Assembly (NCBI GenBank): GCA_902794155.1
Contig: CADBGN010000007.1
Span: 19,182-83,181 of the forward strand
Length of the DNA: 64,000 nucleotides
From: an uncultured Bacteroidia bacterium
Lineage (GTDB): Bacteria > Bacteroidota > Bacteroidia > Bacteroidales > F082
Reading direction: 5' to 3'
Position 1 is the stretch's first letter. Every line of letters begins with the position of its first letter. Below are positions 1 to 7,750 of this stretch, one piece after another. Made by a program: the position numbers and the translations under genes. The notes beneath the pieces are model-generated. The model was given only the letters and a program-made list of their open reading frames with translations. It was not told the DNA's origin and ran no database searches.

Positions 1-1
1 G

Positions 2-1687
2 AAGGTCATTGGCACCTGCATGAGCCTCGGTATGCCCGTCTCCATCAACCAACGTCTCGATGCTGAAGCCCTGACTGTGGTGGCCGAGGAGTTCGGCTTC
101 CAAGTTGACTTCGTCAGCGCTGATGTGCAGGAAGCCATCGCAGAGACAGAAGAGATTGACCACGAAGAAGACCTCGTTCCCCGCGCTCCTGTCGTCACCG
201 TCATGGGCCACGTCGACCATGGTAAGACAAAACTTTTGGACTATATCCGTAACACCAACGTGGTGGCCGGTGAGGCTGGTGGTATCACTCAGCACATCGG
301 TGCCTATGAGGTGACCACTGAGAGTGGCAAGAAGATTACCTTCTTGGATACCCCTGGTCACGAAGCCTTCACCGCTATGCGTGCCCGTGGTGCCAAGATT
401 ACCGATGTCGCCATCATCGTCATCGCTACCGACGACAGTGTGATGCCGCAGACCGTCGAGGCCATCAACCACGCCCAAGCCGCTGGCGTGCCTATCGTCT
501 TTGCCCTGAACAAGATCGATAAGCCCACCGCCAACCCCGACAAGATTCGTGAGCAACTCGCCAACATGAACATCCTCGTCGAGAGCTGGGGCGGTAAATA
601 CCAAGACCAGGAAATCGCTGCTAAGATCGGTTTGAACGTCGATGCATTACTTGAAAAAGTTTTGCTTGAGGCCGAACTCCTCGACCTGAAGGCTAACCCC
701 AACCGTCTCGCTAAGGGTACGGTCATCGAGTCGGCATTGGACAAGGGCCGTGGCTATGTGGCCAAAATCCTGGTGCAGAACGGCACCTTGAAGATTGGTG
801 ACATGGTGCTTGCTGGTACTACTTACGGTAAAGTAAAGGCCATGTTCGACGACCACAACCGTCCCGTCAAGGAGGCTGGTCCTTCTACGCCGGTGCTGTT
901 GCTTGGTTTGAACGGCGCTCCCATGCCGGGCGATGCCTTCAACGTGATGACTGACGAGCGTGAGGTGAAAGCCATCGCCAACCGTCGTGAGCAGTTGCAG
1001 CGCGAACAGACGCGTCGCACCAGCCCGCACATCACCTTGGACGAGATCGGTCGTCGTATCGCCATCGGCGACTTCAAGGAACTCAACATCATCGTCAAGG
1101 CCGACGTGGACGGCTCCGTGGAAGCTCTGGCCGACAGCTTGCTGAAGCTCTCCACTGAAGAGGTGCAGGTCAACGTCATCCACAAGTCGGTGGGTGCCAT
1201 CAGCGAGTCGGACGTCATGCTGGCTTCGGCATCCAATGCCGTCATCGTGGGCTTCAACGTGCGTCCTACCGCACAAGCGCGTAAAATGGCTGAGAATGAG
1301 AAGATTGACATTCGTCTTTACTCCATCATCTACACAGCCATCGAAGAAATCAAGGCCGCTATCGAAGGCATGTTGGCTCCCGATATTGAGGAAGTGGTCA
1401 CCTGCAACCTCGAGATTCGCGAGACCTTCAAGATCAGCAAGGTCGGCACCATCGCTGGCTGTATGGTCTTGGACGGCAAGGTCACCCGCAATACTAAGGT
1501 TCGTGTCATCCGCGATGGCATTGTAATCTACACGGGTGTGCTCGGTTCCTTGAAGCGTTACAAGGACGACGTCAAGGAAGTCAGTGCCGGCATGGACTGC
1601 GGTTTGAACATCGAGAACTTCAACGACATCAAGGTCGGTGACATCATCGAGGGTTACACCGAGAAGGAAGTTGCAAGGAAGTTGTAA
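2..1687 (+). CDS. infB: translation initiation factor IF-2, C-terminal part (5' end outside window)
   Basis: Reading frame stays open to the window start. GTPase motifs [13 protein letters not shown] and NKID are present, followed by IF-2 C-terminal domains. Confidence 0.97.
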   Translation, partial: KVIGTCMSLGMPVSINQRLDAEALTVVAEEFGFQVDFVSADVQEAIAETEEIDHEEDLVPRAPVVTVMGHVDHGKTKLLDYIRNTNVVAGEAGGITQHIGAYEVTTESGKKITFLDTPGHEAFTAMRARGAKITDVAIIVIATDDSVMPQTVEAINHAQAAGVPIVFALNKIDKPTANPDKIREQLANMNILVESWGGKYQDQEIAAKIGLNVDALLEKVLLEAELLDLKANPNRLAKGTVIESALDKGRGYVAKILVQNGTLKIGDMVLAGTTYGKVKAMFDDHNRPVKEAGPSTPVLLLGLNGAPMPGDAFNVMTDEREVKAIANRREQLQREQTRRTSPHITLDEIGRRIAIGDFKELNIIVKADVDGSVEALADSLLKLSTEEVQVNVIHKSVGAISESDVMLASASNAVIVGFNVRPTAQARKMAENEKIDIRLYSIIYTAIEEIKAAIEGMLAPDIEEVVTCNLEIRETFKISKVGTIAGCMVLDGKVTRNTKVRVIRDGIVIYTGVLGSLKRYKDDVKEVSAGMDCGLNIENFNDIKVGDIIEGYTEKEVARKL

Positions 1688-1710
1688 TTCAGATTAAATG
1701 CAAAAACTTT

Positions 1711-1744
1711 GTAGAGACGCGATTAATCGCGTCTCTACTTTTTT
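1711..1744. terminator. intrinsic terminator hairpin between convergent infB and the 1756..2352 ORF
   Basis: Perfect 12-bp stem gtagagacgcga/tcgcgtctctac with a ttaa loop, followed by T6. Confidence 0.8.
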
Positions 1745-1755
1745 GGGGAAAGATT

Positions 1756-2352
1756 TTATTGTTGTTTCAATTCGCACAATCCATCATTGTTGCCCACCAC
1801 AAAAGCCACAGGTGGATTGCTGCCCTGCACAAGGTCATTCAGGTAAAGTGGCTCGCGGAGGATGAAGAGCGCACAGCGGAATGTGTTGCCCACTTTCAGT
1901 TTGGAGTTTTCTGCATGTTCAACGATGAAACGGTAGTCGCCAAGATAGCGGAATGTGCAGTGACGATTGGGTTTCCATGACACGGAGATATGGTCGCCTA
2001 CCTTCAGGTCCTCCGTCTTGATGTGTTGCTTAGTTACACGGTCGGAGCCGTTGTCTTGGCTAATATGCTCCAGAAAACCGTCCCAATCTTTAAAACCCAA
2101 GAATTTTGACAGGATTTCAAGCGTGCTGTTGCGGGTGGTGTCGGGACCGTCAACATAGCCCCAAAGACGTTTCAGCGTAGAGGTGCTGATGTTTTCGTGG
2201 GTGCGCTCCCAAATGGCACCGCTGAGGAAGGTGAAGTCGTTTGAGGTCTTCATCTTTCGTCCAACACTTTCTTCAATTTGCTGCTTGAGTTCGGAGATTT
2301 CTGGACTGGTTTTCTGCATAGATTTGCTATTAGTTATAATAGAACGCGGCAT
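1756..2352 (-). CDS. hypothetical protein (~198 aa)
   Basis: Long ORF with no competing frame. The track start at 2370 is GTG; ATG candidates are at 2352 and 2319. No motif recognised. Confidence 0.55.
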   Translation of the reverse strand: MPRSIITNSKSMQKTSPEISELKQQIEESVGRKMKTSNDFTFLSGAIWERTHENISTSTLKRLWGYVDGPDTTRNSTLEILSKFLGFKDWDGFLEHISQDNGSDRVTKQHIKTEDLKVGDHISVSWKPNRHCTFRYLGDYRFIVEHAENSKLKVGNTFRCALFILREPLYLNDLVQGSNPPVAFVVGNNDGLCELKQQ

Positions 2353-2379
2353 TATAATAGAATTCGACACTCCTTTTTA

Positions 2380-2470
2380 CCGTCATCGCGGACTTGATCC
2401 GCGATCTCCCCAGCGCAGGGGATATGCCTTCCGCGCTGAGGAGATGGCGGATGCTTCTCCGCCATGACGG
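2380..2470 (+). repeat. ~90-nt three-hairpin intergenic element, copy 1 (copy 2 at 62152..62241)
   Basis: ccgtc...gacgg closes three hairpins: atcgcgga/tccgcgat, cagcgc/gcgctg and atggcgga/tccgccat. It shares the CCGTCAT and ATCTCCC spacers with copy 2. Confidence 0.6.
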
Positions 2471-2580
2471 CATAAGGGCAAGTATAAACCTCCGCATTTC
2501 AACACACAAAGAAACGAACTTTTTTTTGAATTCGGTTTATTCTTTTTGGTTCATTTTGAACATGACAATGTGTTTTCGCT

Positions 2581-2588
2581 TATTTTTG
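2581..2588 (+). promoter_or_regulatory. putative Bacteroidota -7 promoter box (tatttttg) for the kinase gene
   Basis: TAnnTTTG match 17 nt upstream of the ATG at 2605. Confidence 0.45.
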
Positions 2589-2604
2589 CAGAAAAATATG
2601 AACC

Positions 2605-3771
2605 ATGGACGACGGTAGCACATCGGGAATCATCAATGGGAGTTTCATCACTGAGACGGATGCCTTGACGGTGTACGAGTCCTCGTCGTCGCGTGGCTTC
2701 AACCAGGTGGTGAAGATTCGGAGACAAGGCAAGTGGTTCGTCCTGAAAGGATTGAAGCCTGGGTATAGCGATCAACAAGCTTATGTCGAGCTGTTGAAAA
2801 AGGAGTTTGACTTGGGCACCCAACTCGACCATCCCAACATTGTGAAGATTCTTGCTAAGGAAATGAATCCCGAGATTGGGCCTTGCATCGTGATGGAGTA
2901 TGTGGATGGCGTGACTTTGGACGAGTTTCTTGCAGCAAAGCCCTCCATGGCCGCTCGCAAAAAAGTGGTGGAACAACTGGTGGAAGTCCTTGCTTACATC
3001 CATGGCAAGCAGATCATCCATCGCGACTTGAAGCCAAGCAATATTTTGGTGACAAGAAACGGCAATAATGTGAAAATCATCGATTTCGGTCTTTCCGATG
3101 CCGATGACTATGCCGTGTTGAAACAGCCTGCTGGCACCTTGAAGTATATGGCTCCCGAGCAAAAGGAGCCGGATGTGAAGATAGATGGCCGCGCCGACAT
3201 CTATGCTTTTGGATTGTTGTTGAAGGAAATCTTTCCGCGTCGCTACAAACACATCGCTGCCAAGTGTTCCCGTGCCGACCGTGACCGCCGTTATGCCAAT
3301 GCTGAAGCATTAAGGAAGGCTTTTGAACGGCATTCGCGCTGGCTTTGGATGCTCCCCATCCTGATAGGTGTGGCATTGGCGATTATTCCGATGTTGTTGA
3401 AGCCCAAGGAAATTGTCCGAACCGAGGTGCAGCATGTGATTGACACTATCATTGTGGAACGCAATCCCAACGGCTATTCCGACGAGTTCATGGCACTGCT
3501 CGACAGGGCTGAGTTTATCATTGATAGCATGTATCAGCCTGTCATCGACGACATAAACAATGGAAAATATGAGGCAGATATTGTTGGTGTCAACAATGAT
3601 TTCACTAACAGGATGAAGATTTGTCGTTCATTGTTACAAAACATCCAATCGCCGTTGCTTGACGACCGCAAGACGAGCGATGAGTTCAGAAGTGCATGGG
3701 AAAAAGTGCACAACGACAAGTATAACCAGATTGCTTTTATGATGTTCGACCGGGTGAACCAAACGGAATAG
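2605..3771 (+). CDS. Ser/Thr protein kinase with one TM helix and a C-terminal non-kinase region
   Basis: Hanks-type motifs HRDLKPSNILV, DFGLS and YMAPE. TM segment WLWMLPILIGVALAIIPMLL. Confidence 0.88.
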   Translation: MDDGSTSGIINGSFITETDALTVYESSSSRGFNQVVKIRRQGKWFVLKGLKPGYSDQQAYVELLKKEFDLGTQLDHPNIVKILAKEMNPEIGPCIVMEYVDGVTLDEFLAAKPSMAARKKVVEQLVEVLAYIHGKQIIHRDLKPSNILVTRNGNNVKIIDFGLSDADDYAVLKQPAGTLKYMAPEQKEPDVKIDGRADIYAFGLLLKEIFPRRYKHIAAKCSRADRDRRYANAEALRKAFERHSRWLWMLPILIGVALAIIPMLLKPKEIVRTEVQHVIDTIIVERNPNGYSDEFMALLDRAEFIIDSMYQPVIDDINNGKYEADIVGVNNDFTNRMKICRSLLQNIQSPLLDDRKTSDEFRSAWEKVHNDKYNQIAFMMFDRVNQTE

Positions 3772-3806
3772 ATTTGAGGAATAAACACAAATGGAATCAG
3801 AGAGAC

Positions 3807-5159
3807 CTATAATAAAGGTGTCATGTAAATAGGTAGGTAGGTGACATTGTTCTCGATTTTTAGGTCTGAGGTGTGGATGACGGTAGGAGTGGTTAAATGC
3901 TCTGAGAACTTTCTCATGGCTTTGTTTAGTGATGACAATGTGTAGTTTTTGCCACTCTTGACTTCGATGGGACGGATATTGTGGCGACTGGTCACTTTAT
4001 CCTTTTGAAGCAGAAAATCAATTTCCATTCTGTCCTCTGCGTTTTCTGACGAGTTGCTGAAAAAATAAAGGTTGTGTCCGCTTGAGGTGAGCATCTGGGC
4101 CACCATGTTTTCCATGAACATGCCTTCATTTACCTCCAGTTTCTCGAGCAGCAGTTTTCTGTAGATGTCAGATGAGACGATGCCTCGTTCATCGAATGCA
4201 TGGCTGATGAGCAGTCCGGTATCATTCATATAACATTTCAGGGTGGTACGCTCCTCGTTCAGTTTCAACCCAATGTTTGGTTCCGTTGAATTATAGCAAA
4301 TGTTGACAATCCTTGCGTCTTTCAGCCAAAAGAATGCATCATCCCAATCGCGATATTTGGCGCCAGGTTTCAAGGCCGAAAGCCGGAATTTCTTTTCGTG
4401 CTTCGATAGTTGTGAAGGTGTTTGGTCGAAAATGCTTGCCACTTTGTCGGCTTGGTCGCCAGCATAATTGAAGATGTCGTTGCGATAGATGGTCAATATA
4501 TCCCGTTTGGCTTCGTCAACGGCATCGAAATCCTTGGTTTCTATGTACTTTTTGACGGCCTGGGGCATACCTCCAACAATCATATACTTACGGAACGCAT
4601 CCATGGCTTGCCTATGAAAAACCTGCCCCATTGGTTTATGATCCTCATACATTTTTCGAATCAAGTCCATAAGTGTCTCGTTGCCAGTTGCCCAAAGGAA
4701 CTCCTCGAAATCCATTGGATACATTTTCAGGCTGCGCTCTTCAGAGGGTAGCACTATGCCCTCCGTGTTTTTCTTGATGCTGACCAACGAGCCTGTCTCG
4801 ATGTAATCATATCTGCCGTCAGCCACTAGGAACTTGATGGCGGCTCGGGCTCTTTTGCAGAGTTGTATTTCATCAAGGATAATTAAGGAACGGCGTTCGT
4901 GAAGTTTGACGTGGTAATGCTGGCTCAGATAAAGAAACAGCGTGTCGAGGTCTTCCAAGTAGAGGTCGAACCATTCGTGCACCATCTGTGGAGCCTTGTT
5001 GAAGTCGACAAGCAGATACGAGTCATATTCATTACGGCCAAACGCCTCTACTATATAGCTTTTCCCGATACGACGGGCTCCCTCTATGAGTAGCGCCACT
5101 TCTCCTTGACGTTGCTCTTTCCATTCAACAAGTTGCTGATATATCTTACGTTTCATCAT
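3807..5159 (-). CDS. AAA ATPase of the AAA_14/DUF4143 (COG1373-like) type, copy 1
   Basis: Walker A GARRIGKS and Walker B-like IILDEIQ. The C-terminus carries a D...EVK motif (EIDFLL...IEVKSGK). Confidence 0.85.
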   Translation of the reverse strand: MMKRKIYQQLVEWKEQRQGEVALLIEGARRIGKSYIVEAFGRNEYDSYLLVDFNKAPQMVHEWFDLYLEDLDTLFLYLSQHYHVKLHERRSLIILDEIQLCKRARAAIKFLVADGRYDYIETGSLVSIKKNTEGIVLPSEERSLKMYPMDFEEFLWATGNETLMDLIRKMYEDHKPMGQVFHRQAMDAFRKYMIVGGMPQAVKKYIETKDFDAVDEAKRDILTIYRNDIFNYAGDQADKVASIFDQTPSQLSKHEKKFRLSALKPGAKYRDWDDAFFWLKDARIVNICYNSTEPNIGLKLNEERTTLKCYMNDTGLLISHAFDERGIVSSDIYRKLLLEKLEVNEGMFMENMVAQMLTSSGHNLYFFSNSSENAEDRMEIDFLLQKDKVTSRHNIRPIEVKSGKNYTLSSLNKAMRKFSEHLTTPTVIHTSDLKIENNVTYLPIYMTPLL

Positions 5160-5166
5160 TACAAAA

Positions 5167-5265
5167 CACCTTTTTGAGATTTTTGACGCTGCAAATATAC
5201 ACCTTTTTGAGATTTTTGATGCTATAAATATACACCTTTTTGAGATTTTTCACGCTGCATTTGTA
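5167..5265. repeat. 3 x 33-bp tandem array (cacctttttgagatttttgacgctgcaaatata)
   Basis: Units are 5167-5199, 5200-5232 and 5233-5265. Read on the minus strand, units 1 and 2 contain tatatttg and tatattta, which are -7-like boxes upstream of the ATPase start at 5159. Confidence 0.9.
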
Positions 5266-5547
5266 CTGCCTGCAAAAAGTAGACACGGAAAATAATTTTC
5301 ATTGATTAGTATTTTCCAAAGTAGGCACTGGCGAATTTTTTGGCTCGAATCGGTTTACAAAAGTAGACATATTTTCGCTTTTTGTCGTGTTTTCTTTTAC
5401 AGACTGTACCAGCTTTAGAAAGTAGACACGGAAAACATGAACCAACATGAACCAAACTGATTCCGTTTTTATTATCTTATTTTGCAGCCGTAAACATTCT
5501 GTTAAACGTTTAAAGGTTGCGCCCGACACGGAATTAGGGTTTAGAAA

Positions 5548-5865
5548 ATGAAAAAGTTGTATTTTGTAATGTTTGTAATGATGGCATTGTTTTTTGTGTC
5601 TTGTGGGTCGAGTGGTTCACAGGAGTACAAGGATTGGAAAAAGGTTTGTTCCAAGCTTGAGAAAGCCATTGACAAGGCCAAAAGTTGCGAGGAGTTAGAA
5701 GACGCCTATGAGGCGTTTGATGATGCCACGGAACTTTTAACGGACAAGGATTATGCAAAAGGTCAGGAAATGACGGACGAAGAGGAAGGCGAGCTTGACC
5801 TTTCCATCAAACAACTTGAAAGAAAATATGAACGGATGGAAGAAAAACTCTGCGATGATGACTGA
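5548..5865 (+). CDS. small acidic lipoprotein (105 aa)
   Basis: Signal peptide with lipobox (FFVSC). Followed by its own terminator. Confidence 0.65.
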   Translation: MKKLYFVMFVMMALFFVSCGSSGSQEYKDWKKVCSKLEKAIDKAKSCEELEDAYEAFDDATELLTDKDYAKGQEMTDEEEGELDLSIKQLERKYERMEEKLCDDD

Positions 5866-5897
5866 TCATAGTAGTTGCTTCTCTTGAAGACATCGAG

Positions 5898-5934
5898 TGC
5901 CGAATGGTGTGGTGACACACGGTTCGGCATTTTT
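5898..5934 (+). terminator. intrinsic terminator after the small lipoprotein gene
   Basis: Stem tgccgaa/ttcggca with an inner gtgtg/cacac stem, followed by T5. Confidence 0.7.
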
Positions 5935-5982
5935 GTGTTTTGTGCGAAATGCAACATTTTGAGCGAATTAAGCAAATGATTT

Positions 5983-6081
5983 CCCATTTTTCTGAACGAA
6001 TAATCCATAGTTCGCCCCGTTTTTCTGAACGAATAATCCATGGTGTGCCCCATTTTTCTGAACGAATAAATCCTTCCTTTG
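5983..6081. repeat. 3 x ~33-bp tandem array (cccatttttctgaacgaataatccat...)
   Basis: Units are 5983-6014, 6015-6047 and 6048-6081. A possible degenerate fourth unit lies at 5950-5982. The last unit merges into leader copy A. Confidence 0.9.
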
Positions 6082-6379
6082 CCGCAAAATCCTCATTTTT
6101 CTTTTGCTTTTCTCGAAAAATCCCTAATTTTGGAGCGTAAAACTAAAAGAAAAGCCTATGGAATAACCCGCCGTAAGGCGCAATAAGAAGCAATACACAT
6201 CACATAATCAGACGATTAGCAATATTCTGTCTTATCGAAAGTTTGGCGATTTAAGATAAAGAAACCAGAATGACGCTGAAAGTTGCACGAATAGCGTGTG
6301 CTTTTCAACATTCGGTTTCTTTAGGTATGCCAAACACCTCGATAAGCGGATGCAAAAGTATCACGCTTTTTTTGTGCTG
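6056..6379 (+). promoter_or_regulatory. conserved noncoding leader, copy A (near-identical to 12838..13164)
   Basis: ~325 nt align to copy B with only scattered substitutions and small indels. No conserved ORF. Contains a -7 box, a GNRA-capped hairpin (6169-6180) and a long hairpin (6241-6335). Confidence 0.7.
6125..6132 (+). promoter_or_regulatory. putative -7 promoter box (taattttg) inside leader copy A
   Basis: TAnnTTTG match with a TTTG-containing T-rich stretch ~20 nt upstream. The identical box occurs in copy B. Confidence 0.5.
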
Positions 6380-6518
6380 GTCCGAAGTGAACAAACATGA
6401 ACCAACAAGAACCTGAAGAGATTGCGGGGAAGTGTGTTTCTTTGCGGTGGGAAAAGCAGAAGTAATAATAATGGAAATAGGAAACAAAATCAATATCAAC
6501 AATTAAAACATTAGGACT

Positions 6519-7451
6519 ATGAAGTTGGCTAACAATCAAAAAAACAAAGCTAATTCATTGCGTCAATTGCTTTTTGGTAAGGACGAAGGCCTTAATCAAG
6601 CTTTATCAACAGGAGAAGTTCAGTTGATGCGTTTGAAAAACAGAGCAATTATTATTGACGGTCAGGAACATCCAGACCTGAATTTGTTCGATCTGTTTCT
6701 TGACCATCAAAACGATGCTTTGTTTGAGGATTATGTTAGAGAACATACAATTAGACGCGCCGCGCAATTGAGAAAAGCAAAATATGTAGTAGTTTTTATG
6801 TCTGATGGCAATTATTCACGATTCGCTGGAGTATATAAAATTCTTGGAGAAGAAAAACGAATACAAATTCTATCAGAAGCCCAACAAGGATATGAAGAAA
6901 CAGTGTTTTTTAAAGTTTCATATCTTGAAGTTTTTGAAGAGAACAGAGGCCGTATACTGATTGATTGGGGCGGTAGAGAGGCACAATGTTGGCTTCAATG
7001 GTTTAAGGGTGATAAAAACATCATTAGAATTGACAACGGGATTGTTCGTATACCGATACCTTTTGTTTCGTATAATGATGTATTATTGTCATTTAAGGAA
7101 TTGAAAAACATCATTGAAACAGATAATGCTGAATGGTGTGTAAAGCTGAAAAACGTTAAGGGCGTTTACTGCATTGCTGATCGAAAAAACGGTATGCTTT
7201 ATGTTGGCTCAGCTTATGGCACTGAAGGTATTTGGGGACGTTGGAGGGATTATGTAGGAACTAATGGACATGGTAATAATGAATTATTGATTGAGGTCAC
7301 TAAAGAAGATCCAAATTATGCTTTGAAACACTTCCAATGGTTTATTCTTGAATCTTTCCCCCTGGATGTGGACGACAGTTATGCAATTCAAAGAGAAGAA
7401 TTGTATAAAACGAAACTATGTACTCGGGTGTTTGGGTATAACAAAAACTAA
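6519..7451 (+). CDS. GIY-YIG nuclease-domain protein with an uncharacterised N-terminal region (paralog of 17889..18812)
   Basis: C-terminal sequence GVYCIADRKNGMLYVGSAYG...GRW...N...E gives the GIY...YIG pattern. Aligns along its full length with the second copy. Confidence 0.8.
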   Translation: MKLANNQKNKANSLRQLLFGKDEGLNQALSTGEVQLMRLKNRAIIIDGQEHPDLNLFDLFLDHQNDALFEDYVREHTIRRAAQLRKAKYVVVFMSDGNYSRFAGVYKILGEEKRIQILSEAQQGYEETVFFKVSYLEVFEENRGRILIDWGGREAQCWLQWFKGDKNIIRIDNGIVRIPIPFVSYNDVLLSFKELKNIIETDNAEWCVKLKNVKGVYCIADRKNGMLYVGSAYGTEGIWGRWRDYVGTNGHGNNELLIEVTKEDPNYALKHFQWFILESFPLDVDDSYAIQREELYKTKLCTRVFGYNKN

Positions 7452-7495
7452 AATTCAATCAAGTAATAAGATAATAACATAATAACATAATCATC

Positions 7496-7711
7496 ATGGA
7501 AACTCTAGAATTAATATTTGGAATATTAGCATGCATTGCATTTTTTGTATTAGCTTTTGGATTTGGCAGCAGCGTGTTCAATAAAGTTACCGGGCGTTTT
7601 GAGTTGGTAGGTGGCTGGATGGAAGAAGTAGGTTGTTTAACTAGGCTGATAATCATTTTAGTTTGCGTTGGGATTATATTGATTTGGTTGTGGCTGAGGG
7701 GAGATTTGTAA
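7496..7711 (+). CDS. small membrane protein (71 aa, two hydrophobic helices)
   Basis: Two long hydrophobic stretches. Tightly spaced after the GIY-YIG gene. Confidence 0.5.
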   Translation: METLELIFGILACIAFFVLAFGFGSSVFNKVTGRFELVGGWMEEVGCLTRLIIILVCVGIILIWLWLRGDL

Positions 7712-7750
7712 ACATGGTATGTTATACATCCTTTAAATAACGATGACATT

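Noticed and set aside
2380-2470. Cloverleaf-like fold that might be a tRNA or tRNA-like gene
   Set aside because: It is ~91 nt long. It has no GTTC-type T-loop, no 7-nt anticodon loop, no conserved D-loop residues and only a 5-bp closing stem. A second copy has entirely different stem sequences, which fits a repeat element rather than a tRNA.
5763-6140. ORFs 5763..6053 (minus) and 5940..6140 (plus), which have internally repeated peptides
   Set aside because: The peptide repeats (TMDYSFRK, HFSERIIH) merely translate the 33-bp tandem array. The frames are not preserved in leader copy B.
6345-6373. A confident intrinsic terminator or attenuator at the end of the conserved leader
   Set aside because: The T7/T8 run is preceded only by a weak 4-bp stem (agcg...cgct) with a long loop. 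I report it as a possibility within the leader finding, not as a terminator feature.
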